NCBI GenBank assembly: GCA_031412575.1
Contig: JANODG010000088.1
Span: forward strand, 1 to 50,864
Length of the DNA stretch: 50,864 bases
Origin: Bdellovibrionales bacterium
GTDB lineage: Bacteria > Bdellovibrionota > Bdellovibrionia > Bdellovibrionales > UBA1609
Reading direction: 5' to 3'
Both the position numbers and the translations under genes were made by a program. Under the pieces are notes generated by a model. It had not been told where the DNA came from, searched no databases, and saw nothing but the letters and a program-made list of their open reading frames with translations. Shown one piece after another: positions 18,784 through 27,465 of the stretch; the first letter of the stretch is position 1, and every line of letters begins with the position of its first letter.

Positions 18784-20457
18784 ATGATAGACTTGAAAAC
18801 AACAATGACAACATCAGAAAACATCAACTCTATCATCATCGGCTCACGTCAAAGTGACTTAGCTAGGTTACAAGCTTTAACCGTGGGCGAGCTTCTAATT
18901 AAAACAATTCCAACCCTTAAAATTGAATACTTTAATCGTCCGTCGTTTGGGGATTTAAATTTAGACATGAATTTAAAAGAAACTAATTCTAAAGGGGTTT
19001 TCACCCAAGAATTTAAGGACTTATTAAAAAACGGGGACTGTGATTTTGTCGTTCATTCTTGGAAAGACTTGCCCATTGAAAATGATCCAATGACTGAGAT
19101 CCTAACAGTGTCCGAAAGAGAAGATCAAAGAGATCTGCTATTTCTAAAAAATACATCGATTGAAAAGTTTAAAACCAAGGGTGAATCGTCGCCTGGTCAC
19201 AAAAACAAAAAAAGTAGTTTGGTGTTTTTAACATCAAGCCCAAGGCGTGAATACAGTTTAAAAAATTCATTGAAAGACCTTTTGCCTTTTGCAGTCTCCG
19301 AAATTAATTTCGAAGCGATACGAGGAAACATTCCGACCCGATTTTCGAAATTTTTAAATTCAAATGCTGATGGGTTTGTGGTTGCAAAAGCAGCTGTAGA
19401 TCGTTTGATGTCTACAAAAAACATGTCTTGTGCCGACGAGTTTAAATCTATCCGTGAACAGATTTCGAAAGTTTTTAAACACTGCCGATTTATGGTTTTA
19501 CCTTTATCGGAATTTCCTACAGCTGCCGCTCAAGGGGCTTTAGCTATCGAAATTTTAAAGGATCATCCTTTTAAAAAAAAGTTACTTCAAATCGCTGATC
19601 AAACCAATTACGATCTGGTTGAATTAGAACGTCAAACCCATAAACGGTACGGTGGGGGATGTCATCAGGCGATGGGATTTTCAGCATTGAAAACGGAACA
19701 GGGCACTGTGTTTTATTCGTCAGGTGAATTTAAGGATAAAGGTTTTAAAACGAGTCAGCTGATCCCAGACAAGAAATTAAACTCTGTGTTTAAGACGAAT
19801 CAGCTGTTTTCACAGTCGAGCCTAAAATCAGTGAGACAAAAAAGTTTTTTGCACTTAAAAGAAATTGGGGCCGAGCAACTGTTTAGACCTAATTCAGAAT
19901 TCGTCGTGACAAGATATGAAGCCCGTTTAGAGGATTTAAAAAATGAAGAATTCATTGTTTGGGCCTCTGGGACTAAAACATGGAAAAAACTTTCAGAAGA
20001 CGGATATTGGATTAGTGGATCTTTAGATGGTTTGGGAGTAGGGCATAAACCTGAGCTTCCATATTTACATTCAAGCGATGATGAAAAAGATATTTTGCCC
20101 AATAGGAATGAAGACAATTCGACGGATTATATCTGGCTCACAAATTTTTCGTCTATGAATATTTCCGAAGGTGAAGTTACAGAAAGGTTCAAGATGATGT
20201 CCACTTATGAATTGCAGTATGATTTGGATTCGATCAAAGACACTTTACTTAAAGATCTAAAAAACAAAGAATGCTTTTTTTGGATGAGTGGGCATGGGTT
20301 TGAATCCGTGCTTGAAACTTACCCCGAGCTAAAATCCAAAATTCATTTTTGCGGTTTAGGGCGAACGGTGGAAACGTTAAAAAAACATTTGCCCGAAGAT
20401 CAAATTTATTTTTGTTTAAACGAAACTGATTTTGTGAATAAGTGCACAAAATCTTAA
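18784..20457 (+). CDS. hemC: hydroxymethylbilane synthase with a ~230-aa C-terminal extension (candidate fused uroporphyrinogen-III synthase)
   Basis: HemC motifs are IIGSRQSDLARLQA, RGNIPTRFSKF, PTAAAQGALAIE and the cofactor Cys in GGCHQAMG. The protein is 557 aa against about 310 for HemC alone, and no separate hemD lies in the locus. Confidence 0.8.
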   Translation: MIDLKTTMTTSENINSIIIGSRQSDLARLQALTVGELLIKTIPTLKIEYFNRPSFGDLNLDMNLKETNSKGVFTQEFKDLLKNGDCDFVVHSWKDLPIENDPMTEILTVSEREDQRDLLFLKNTSIEKFKTKGESSPGHKNKKSSLVFLTSSPRREYSLKNSLKDLLPFAVSEINFEAIRGNIPTRFSKFLNSNADGFVVAKAAVDRLMSTKNMSCADEFKSIREQISKVFKHCRFMVLPLSEFPTAAAQGALAIEILKDHPFKKKLLQIADQTNYDLVELERQTHKRYGGGCHQAMGFSALKTEQGTVFYSSGEFKDKGFKTSQLIPDKKLNSVFKTNQLFSQSSLKSVRQKSFLHLKEIGAEQLFRPNSEFVVTRYEARLEDLKNEEFIVWASGTKTWKKLSEDGYWISGSLDGLGVGHKPELPYLHSSDDEKDILPNRNEDNSTDYIWLTNFSSMNISEGEVTERFKMMSTYELQYDLDSIKDTLLKDLKNKECFFWMSGHGFESVLETYPELKSKIHFCGLGRTVETLKKHLPEDQIYFCLNETDFVNKCTKS

Positions 20458-20532
20458 AAGTGTAAAAATTTAATTTAATGAAATGAAACATAATTTTTTT
20501 AATAAAAAAAAGGAAATGAAAAAGAGAATCTC

Positions 20533-21843
20533 ATGTATACAAAACCGATTGAAGAATTAAATTCGAATGAACTTTTTGAACGGGCCCTATTGGTGGCACC
20601 AGGCGGAGTGCATTCTCCGGTGCGAGGCTTTCAAAGTGTAGGTGGACATCCCATATTTTTCAAAAGCGGCATGGGTGCAAAGTTAACCAGTGTGGAAGGC
20701 GATGAGTACATTGATTTTTGTCAAAGCTTTGGTCCACTGATTTTTGGTCATCAAGATCCAGATGTAAAAAAAGCCGTTTTATCTATGATCGATACCATTT
20801 GGACGTCGGGCACCTGCGAGCCTTATTCTTTAAGATTAGCGGAGTGGGTGAAATGTTATTCTCCGGCGGTGGATAAACTTCGTTTTGTGTCCAGTGGCAC
20901 AGAAGCTGTGATGAGTGCGATTCGTGTCGCCAGAGGTGCAACCAAAAAAGATAAGATCATTAAGTTTGAAGGTTGTTATCATGGTCACGTGGACGCTCTA
21001 TTAGTGAAGTCTGGGAGTGGTCTTGCTGGGGAATCTGCGTCGGACTCTGCAGGTGTAACCCAATTACTAGCTTCGCAAACTCTCGTTTTACCTTTAGATA
21101 ACGAAGAAAAGTTTAAAGAGTGTATTGATAAATATAAAGATCAAGTTGCAGCCGTTATTTTAGAACCACTTCCTGCAAACTTTGGGCTTTTAATTCAACG
21201 TCCAGAGTATATAAAGTTTGTGACTGAATATGCTCAAAAAAATGATGTCTTAGTGATTTTTGATGAAGTCATATCGGGATTTAGAACATCCTTCGGCGGC
21301 ATGGCTGAAATTTTTAATCTTAAACCAGACTTAGTGACTTACGGTAAAGTTTTAGGTGGTGGACTTCCTGTGGGTTGTTACGGTGGACGAAAAGATCTTA
21401 TGGATCATGTGGCCCCATTAGGACCTGTGTACCAGGCGGGAACTTTAAGTGCATCACCATTAGGGATGGCCGCAGGACATGCGCAACTTAAAAAAATGGC
21501 GGACTGTAAAGTTCATGACGTTTTAGAAAAGCGAGGAGCTAAGTTTCAGTCTAAAATCAATCAAGAGATTACAAACAATTCATGGCCACTTCAGATGGTT
21601 CGATTTGGAAGCTTGTTTTGGTTTGTTCAGAAGTCTGAATCAGCCATCAGACAAGTGTCTGAAATCTCAAGCCACCATAAAGAGTTTTTTAAACATTTTT
21701 TTAAACATTTAATTGAAGAAAGAATTTTTATGGCTCCGAACGGCTATGAAGTTGGATTTATTGGATATGCGCATACGGATGAAATTTTAGATCAAGCCGC
21801 AAACAAAATTATAACAGCCTTGGATAAGACTTACAAAAAATGA
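20533..21843 (+). CDS. hemL: glutamate-1-semialdehyde 2,1-aminomutase
   Basis: 436 aa with PGGVHSPVR, FDEVISGFR and the PLP-lysine context TYGKVLGGGLP. Confidence 0.95.
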   Translation: MYTKPIEELNSNELFERALLVAPGGVHSPVRGFQSVGGHPIFFKSGMGAKLTSVEGDEYIDFCQSFGPLIFGHQDPDVKKAVLSMIDTIWTSGTCEPYSLRLAEWVKCYSPAVDKLRFVSSGTEAVMSAIRVARGATKKDKIIKFEGCYHGHVDALLVKSGSGLAGESASDSAGVTQLLASQTLVLPLDNEEKFKECIDKYKDQVAAVILEPLPANFGLLIQRPEYIKFVTEYAQKNDVLVIFDEVISGFRTSFGGMAEIFNLKPDLVTYGKVLGGGLPVGCYGGRKDLMDHVAPLGPVYQAGTLSASPLGMAAGHAQLKKMADCKVHDVLEKRGAKFQSKINQEITNNSWPLQMVRFGSLFWFVQKSESAIRQVSEISSHHKEFFKHFFKHLIEERIFMAPNGYEVGFIGYAHTDEILDQAANKIITALDKTYKK

Positions 21844-22742
21844 ATGGTGTCATAAGTGTCTCTAATTTAAAGAATAAAAAAGCAGTGTTGGCGCTGCTCT
21901 GGTTTGTATTTACGACTGCGCTTGGAACTTGGTGGGTTTACTTTAGTTACTTACAGTACTCATCCTTAAGTCAAACCCAGTGGGAAAATTCCAGTCAAAC
22001 TTTAAGCTATCAAAAAATGCTCGTCCAAGAAGGGCTTGTGTTTTTGATTTTGGTGATTATTGGTGGTGGGGCCTTGATTTATTATTTTTTAAAAGAAACT
22101 AAACTTTTAAAAGAACGTGAATCTTTTTTTGCGGCTTTCACTCACGATTTAAAAACGACGATCGCAACCCATAGATTGTCCTTAGAAAAAATCATTCAAG
22201 TGAATCGTTCAATCACACCCAGCGAATATAAAAAAATGTTTTCAGAAAGTCAGGCCTTGGGTTTAAAGCTAGAAAATGCACTGCTTTTATCTCAGGAAGA
22301 CAGGGCCTTTGGTGTGTTTTCAGTGTTTAAATTTTCGGAAGTGATATCTTCAGTGAAACGCATGTGGCCCGAGCTTGAAGTCAGCTTGACTAAAGATGTA
22401 TCAGTTCGCGCGGATAAAGTGTTTTTAACAAGTGTGATGATGAATCTATTTCAGAATGCGATTCAACATGCCCAAGCTACGGAAATTCAAATTGAAGTTT
22501 CGGATTCAAAAAACAGCAAGAATAAAACATCAATAGAAATAAAAACTAATGGTGTGAAGTTTGAAGGGGACGTGACCAAACTTGGAGGTAGTCATTATTA
22601 CCGCGGTCAGTATCGTGGATCCGGCCTTGGATTGTACATTTCAAAAATCCTGATTCAAAAGATGAATGGCAATTTATTTTTTCATCATCAACAAGGCCCT
22701 TTAACAGCTGTCCTTGAACTTGAAAAAGCTGGGGTTAATTAA
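21840..22742 (+). CDS. sensor histidine kinase (two TM helices, no obvious sensory domain)
   Basis: ATGA start/stop overlap with hemL. H-box FTHDLKTTIAT, N-box MMNLFQNAIQH and G-box GSGLGLYISK. Confidence 0.85.
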   Translation: MNGVISVSNLKNKKAVLALLWFVFTTALGTWWVYFSYLQYSSLSQTQWENSSQTLSYQKMLVQEGLVFLILVIIGGGALIYYFLKETKLLKERESFFAAFTHDLKTTIATHRLSLEKIIQVNRSITPSEYKKMFSESQALGLKLENALLLSQEDRAFGVFSVFKFSEVISSVKRMWPELEVSLTKDVSVRADKVFLTSVMMNLFQNAIQHAQATEIQIEVSDSKNSKNKTSIEIKTNGVKFEGDVTKLGGSHYYRGQYRGSGLGLYISKILIQKMNGNLFFHHQQGPLTAVLELEKAGVN

Positions 22743-22744
22743 AG

Positions 22745-23416
22745 ATGAAAAAGTCGCCTCATGTTTTTTTACTTGAAGATAACAAAGAGCTTGGACTTTC
22801 TTTACAAGATAAGTTTACAGACTCCGGGTACACATCAAGTTGGTTCACTCATGTTGGCCAAGCAAAAACGTATCAAAATTTTCAAGACATTGATTTATTT
22901 ATATTGGATGTGGGTTTGCCCGATGGAACAGGTTTTGAATTTGCAGAGTGGTTAAAATCTCAAAAGGTAAAACAACCCATTATGTTTTTAACAGCGATGG
23001 GGCAGCCCGAAGATCGCTTAAAGGGTTATGAGCTTGGTGCAGAGGAATATATTCCAAAGCCGTTTTTATATAAAGAATTAGAAATGCGTATTAATCATGT
23101 GTTAGAAAATCACGCCAAGAATTTAATTTTCGAATTTAAAGATTTAGTGATTGATTTTGAATCCATGACTTTTAAATGGAGTAATGGCGAAATTATTTTT
23201 CCACAGTCTAAAGATCTTTTAATTTTAAAACTTTTAATTCAGAAATCGCCACAAGTTATTTCTCGGGACGAGATCTTAAATGAAGTGTGGGGAATGGATG
23301 ATTTTCCTACGGAAAGAACTGTGGATAATAGCATTGTGAGGTTGAGGCAGAGTTTGAAGGAGCATCAAGGGTGTTTGAAGTCGGTGCGTGGGATGGGGTA
23401 TCAATGGCTGGTTTGA
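22745..23416 (+). CDS. OmpR-family response regulator
   Basis: Receiver domain with LFILDVGLPDG and a winged-helix C-terminus (...VRLRQSL...VRGMGYQW). A 2-nt gap follows the kinase gene. Confidence 0.9.
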   Translation: MKKSPHVFLLEDNKELGLSLQDKFTDSGYTSSWFTHVGQAKTYQNFQDIDLFILDVGLPDGTGFEFAEWLKSQKVKQPIMFLTAMGQPEDRLKGYELGAEEYIPKPFLYKELEMRINHVLENHAKNLIFEFKDLVIDFESMTFKWSNGEIIFPQSKDLLILKLLIQKSPQVISRDEILNEVWGMDDFPTERTVDNSIVRLRQSLKEHQGCLKSVRGMGYQWLV

Positions 23417-23581
23417 TTTTTTGGTATCTTATTTTAATGAAAGTTTAATCTTCTTAAATTCCGACACGCCCATCCATGGGCTCTGCGCGAGCCGCCTGCG
23501 GCGGGCGCATCCTGCTCTCGCGAGGTCGGAATTTAAGAAGATTAAACTTTCATTAAAATAAGATTCCAAAAAATCAAACCA
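23409..23581. repeat. 173-bp near-perfect palindrome: 57-bp AT-rich arms (one mismatch) around a 59-bp GC-rich core
   Basis: Arm 23409-23465 is the reverse complement of 23525-23581, apart from T/A at one position. The core 23466-23524 contains CCGCC-TGC-GGCGG. On the minus strand this is the same GCCCGC-NGCA-GGCGG hairpin seen in the repeat family below. The left arm covers the last codons and stop of the response regulator. Confidence 0.9.
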
Positions 23582-23810
23582 AACGTGTGTATGGTTTATA
23601 CTTAGGATTTATTTTTTTATTAATTGTGTAGGTGAGTAGGATTTTAAAATAAGTAACTAAATATGTAAGTAAGTAAGTTAGTAAAAATTTAATTAATTGT
23701 TTAAAAATTTATTGGTTTTTTTTATTTATTAAAAAGATATTTTTTTAAAATTATTTGAAAATTTAAGGATATTAAAGCCTTGTTTTTGTGTGTTTAAGAA
23801 GGGAAGTCAG

Positions 23811-24830
23811 ATGAATTTGAAGTTTCAGGGTGCGTTGAGGAATGAGGTGCAGAAGTGTCCGCCGATTTGGTTTATGAGGCAGGCAGGAAGATATCATGGG
23901 CATTATCAGAATTTGAGATCGAAGCATTCCTTTATGGATTTGTGTAAGGTGCCGGAGTTGGCTTGCGAAGTGGCTTTGGGTCCTATTATGGATTTTGATT
24001 TTGATGTTTCTATTTTGTTTTCGGATTTACTTTTTCCGCTAGAAGCTATGGGTATGGGGCTTGATTATAAGCCAGGTCCTGTATTGGGATGGCATTTAAA
24101 TGCTTCGAACATACATAAATTAAAATCTGTTGAAGATTCTTTGGCTGGTGTTCAATTTCAAAAAGAGGCCGTCGTGTTAACTCGAAGAGCTTTACCTAAA
24201 GATAAAAGTCTTGTGGGTTTTGTCGGAGGGCCTTGGACTTTATTTAGTTATGCGGTCGAAGGAAGTCATAAAGATGGTTTAAAACAAACTAAAAAGTCTT
24301 TGGCCTTATTTAATCCTTTTTGTGAAAAATTACTTCCGCTTTTGATTGAAAACATCAAACTGCAATTAGCGGGTGGGGTTGAAGTGGTTATGATGTTTGA
24401 TACGTCTGTGGGTGAAATTAGCCCCTATATTTTTAAAGCTTACATTGAACCTGTGCTTTTAGGTTTAGCTCAAAAGTTTCCAGGTAAGTTAGGGTATTAC
24501 TCTAAAGGCACGACTGAGGCGCATTATTCGGTAGAACTAAAAAATGCGCCATGGGCTGGATTTGGATTTGATCACCGGTGGGATTTACCGAAGTGGTTAA
24601 AGACTGAAAAAAAGAAAGGTTTTGTTCAGGGTAATTTTGATCAGTTGTTTTTATTTCAAGATTTTTCTGACTTTAAAAAAACTTTGGACCAATATTTAAA
24701 AACTTACCAAGATATTTCTGTAGAGGCCCGTGCCGGATGGGTGTGTGCTTTAGGGCACGGTGTCCTTCCTGAAACTCCAGAAAAAAACGTTAAATACTTT
24801 GTCGAGCGCGTTAGAGAGGTGCTTTCATGA
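23811..24830 (+). CDS. hemE: uroporphyrinogen decarboxylase
   Basis: PPIWFMRQAGRY signature. The start is set at the ATG at 23811 (GGGAAG RBS). The ORF is open from the GTG at 23790. Confidence 0.92.
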   Translation: MNLKFQGALRNEVQKCPPIWFMRQAGRYHGHYQNLRSKHSFMDLCKVPELACEVALGPIMDFDFDVSILFSDLLFPLEAMGMGLDYKPGPVLGWHLNASNIHKLKSVEDSLAGVQFQKEAVVLTRRALPKDKSLVGFVGGPWTLFSYAVEGSHKDGLKQTKKSLALFNPFCEKLLPLLIENIKLQLAGGVEVVMMFDTSVGEISPYIFKAYIEPVLLGLAQKFPGKLGYYSKGTTEAHYSVELKNAPWAGFGFDHRWDLPKWLKTEKKKGFVQGNFDQLFLFQDFSDFKKTLDQYLKTYQDISVEARAGWVCALGHGVLPETPEKNVKYFVERVREVLS

Positions 24831-26170
24831 TTGATCTATTAAGTAAGTACGATGTTCCCGTACCACGTTACACTAGCTATCCTACAGTGCCTTACTGGCA
24901 AGATAACCCGACATCCAAAGAATGGCTTTCTTCCTTAGAAAAACATTTTTCTAAAGACGATGCCACTTGGTCTATGTACTTACACATTCCTTTTTGTGAA
25001 ACCTTATGTACCTTTTGTGGCTGTAACACCATCATTACAAAAGATCATAAACGTGAACATCCTTACGTAACTCACTTGTTATCGGAATGGAAAATCTATT
25101 TAGATAAAATGCCGTATATTAAAGATAAAGAATTAAAAGAGATCCACTTAGGTGGAGGAACTCCAACTTTTTTAAGTTCTGAAAATTTAGTTTTTTTGAT
25201 GACCAATCTTTTTAAAGATATTAAAAAATCCAAAGACTTTGAAGCTTCCATCGAAGTGGACCCAAGACGCACAACTTCTGATCAGCTTAAGGCCCTATAT
25301 GACATTGGGTTTCGCAGGGTCAGTATGGGTGTACAGGATTTTGATCCTGAAGTGCAACGCCTAGTAAACCGTATACAGCCAGAAAGTATGACTTTGAATT
25401 TAACCCAAAGAGCTAGGGCCATGGGTTACACTTCCGTCAATTATGATTTGATTTACGGTTTACCAAAACAAACCAAAGCAAGTATAAAGACACTTGCTGA
25501 AAAAACCTTAGAACATAAACCAGACCGCATAGCTTTATATTCTTTTGCCTTAGTGCCATGGATTAAACCTACGCATAGGCTTTACAAAGATGAAGATTTG
25601 CCAATGGGTTTAGAAAAGCGTGAGCTTTATGAAATCGCACGAACCATTTTACTTAAAGGTGGTTACAAAGAAATCGGAATGGATCACTTTGCATTGCCAA
25701 CGGATTCTTTATCGAAAGCTTTGCAAAGTAAAAAACTTCACAGAAATTTTATGGGTTACACTCATCACAGATCAGATATATTGTTGGGTTTAGGGGTAAG
25801 TTCGATTTCTGAAACTCCAGATTGTTTTCACCAAAATGAAAAAAAATATCAGATCTATCAAAGATTTATCGAGCAAGAACAAATTCCAACTCTTCGTGGG
25901 CATAAACTTTCTGATCAAGACCGAAAACGACGAGAACAGATTTTAAAACTCATGACCACTTGGGAAACTGTTTTAGATGATTTTAAACATGAAGAAGAAG
26001 TGAAAGTGTTTTTAAATGAACTGATTCAAGATGGTTTAGCTAAAGTCGAAAATCAAAAAATTATGGTGACAGAAAAAGGTCAGCCGTTTTTAAGAAACAT
26101 ATGCATGTCTTTAGATGAACGCTTGCGCTTAAATAAGCCAACTCAACAGGTGTTTTCAAAAGCGCTATGA
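24827..26170 (+). CDS. hemN: oxygen-independent coproporphyrinogen III oxidase (radical SAM)
   Basis: ATGA overlap with hemE. It has the HemN-specific PRYTSYPTVPYW motif and the radical-SAM motif CETLCTFCGC. Confidence 0.92.
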   Translation: MIDLLSKYDVPVPRYTSYPTVPYWQDNPTSKEWLSSLEKHFSKDDATWSMYLHIPFCETLCTFCGCNTIITKDHKREHPYVTHLLSEWKIYLDKMPYIKDKELKEIHLGGGTPTFLSSENLVFLMTNLFKDIKKSKDFEASIEVDPRRTTSDQLKALYDIGFRRVSMGVQDFDPEVQRLVNRIQPESMTLNLTQRARAMGYTSVNYDLIYGLPKQTKASIKTLAEKTLEHKPDRIALYSFALVPWIKPTHRLYKDEDLPMGLEKRELYEIARTILLKGGYKEIGMDHFALPTDSLSKALQSKKLHRNFMGYTHHRSDILLGLGVSSISETPDCFHQNEKKYQIYQRFIEQEQIPTLRGHKLSDQDRKRREQILKLMTTWETVLDDFKHEEEVKVFLNELIQDGLAKVENQKIMVTEKGQPFLRNICMSLDERLRLNKPTQQVFSKAL

Positions 26171-27372
26171 AGAAAGTCGCCATCATCGGATTTGGATTTT
26201 CTGGACTGTCTGCAGCTTGGGCTTTTGCAAGGCGCGGGCATGATGTGGAAGTTTTTGAAAAAGTATCAAAAATTGGTGGAATACTTCAAACTGAAAACTC
26301 TGAGTTTGGGATTATAGAAACCGCCGCCAATGCTATTTTACGCTCGGAAAACGTAAGCGTGATGGCTAAGGACTTCGATATCACCTGGGCTGAGCGAAAG
26401 AAATCTGCTAAAGCTAAATGGGTATTCACAGATAAACCAAGACGCTGGCCACTGACTACGATTGAGACTTTAAAGTTCATAAACCCGATGTTTAAATTAG
26501 CTCTGGGATCTGAAAGTATAAAACCAAAAAGTTTAGAGTCCGTCGCTAATTGGGGACAAAGGGTTTTTAAATCTCCAGTGTTTGTCGATCATCTTTTGGG
26601 TCCTGCACTTCAAGGAGTTTATGCAAATTCATCTGATCATCTTTCAGCCTCTTTATGTTTAAACACTTTTTTTGCCACCCAAAAAATAAGACATGAAGGA
26701 TCACACGCACCAAAAAAAGGAATGTCAGACTTTTTTAATTCTGGATTAAAATTTTTAACGAAACATAATAATTTTAAATTAAATCTAAATTCTCAAATCA
26801 CAAATTATGAAAATTTAGATGCAGACATCATTTTAGACACGCGCCCAGACCCTATAAACGTAAATTATTTAAGTGTTTATTCACTAACATTATTTTTCAG
26901 AACAGAAGACCGCCCGAAGTTTCAAGGGTTCGGTTGCTTGTTTGCGAAATCTAAAAGCGTACTAGGAGTCTTATTCAACTCCGACATCTTCGAAGACCGC
27001 ACTAAAGAAGACCTTTTTAGTGAGACCTGGATTATCACGCCCGCTGCAGGCGGAAAAGTTCCAGCGAAGAGCGCAGGGCGTGCGCAGCCGCCCGAAGAGC
27101 GCTCGAGTGAACTAGACATGATCAAACACACCCTCGCTTTTCGCGAACAAGCCTTCGGCATAAAATCCGAACCTGTATTCTCGAAGCTCACTCATTGGCC
27201 ACAAGGTATTCCCAACTACAGCCTTCAACATGAGACTTTCTTACAGGATAAATTTAAATTTGAAACTTCGATGGGACAGACTAAGATATTCAAAATCGGA
27301 AACTACACGGGGCAAATTGGTCTCAATAAAATGTTAGAAGAAAATGTAAAATTAGCTCGTAAATTCAGCTGA
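26167..27372 (+). CDS. hemY: FAD-dependent protoporphyrinogen oxidase carrying an in-frame repeat-element insertion
   Basis: ATGA overlap with hemN. It has the dinucleotide-binding N-terminus KVAIIGFGFSGLSAAW...EVFEK and sits between hemN and hemH. Residues ~292-318 (AAGGKVPAKSAGRAQPPEERSSELD) are encoded by the GC-rich repeat. Confidence 0.72.
   Translation: MKKVAIIGFGFSGLSAAWAFARRGHDVEVFEKVSKIGGILQTENSEFGIIETAANAILRSENVSVMAKDFDITWAERKKSAKAKWVFTDKPRRWPLTTIETLKFINPMFKLALGSESIKPKSLESVANWGQRVFKSPVFVDHLLGPALQGVYANSSDHLSASLCLNTFFATQKIRHEGSHAPKKGMSDFFNSGLKFLTKHNNFKLNLNSQITNYENLDADIILDTRPDPINVNYLSVYSLTLFFRTEDRPKFQGFGCLFAKSKSVLGVLFNSDIFEDRTKEDLFSETWIITPAAGGKVPAKSAGRAQPPEERSSELDMIKHTLAFREQAFGIKSEPVFSKLTHWPQGIPNYSLQHETFLQDKFKFETSMGQTKIFKIGNYTGQIGLNKMLEENVKLARKFS
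27039..27118 (+). repeat. GC-rich multi-hairpin repeat, copy A (intragenic, in-frame in hemY)
   Basis: GCCCGCTGCAGGCGGAAAAGTTCCAGCGAA-GAGCGC-A-GGGCGTGCGCAGCCGCCC-GAA-GAGCGCTC-GAGTGAACTAGACA. It shares both terminal boxes and the central hairpin with copies B-F. Confidence 0.9.
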
Positions 27373-27465
27373 AACAAAAATAAATAGATAGATAAAAATT
27401 GAGTCACACGATAATGCGAAAAAAATTAATAAGAAGATTTAAGAAAAATTAAAAACTAGGAACAC

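Noticed and set aside
26922-27191. Minus-strand ORFs over the GC-rich repeats (26922-27191, 34705-34926, 34733-34963, 43490-43789, 43564-43749, 47956-48195, 47966-48217). They share peptide strings such as SSLVRFSGGCARPA.
   Set aside because: They exist only because GC-rich repeat DNA lacks stop codons. Their similarity simply reflects the DNA repeat. They lack an RBS and overlap better-supported genes or terminators.
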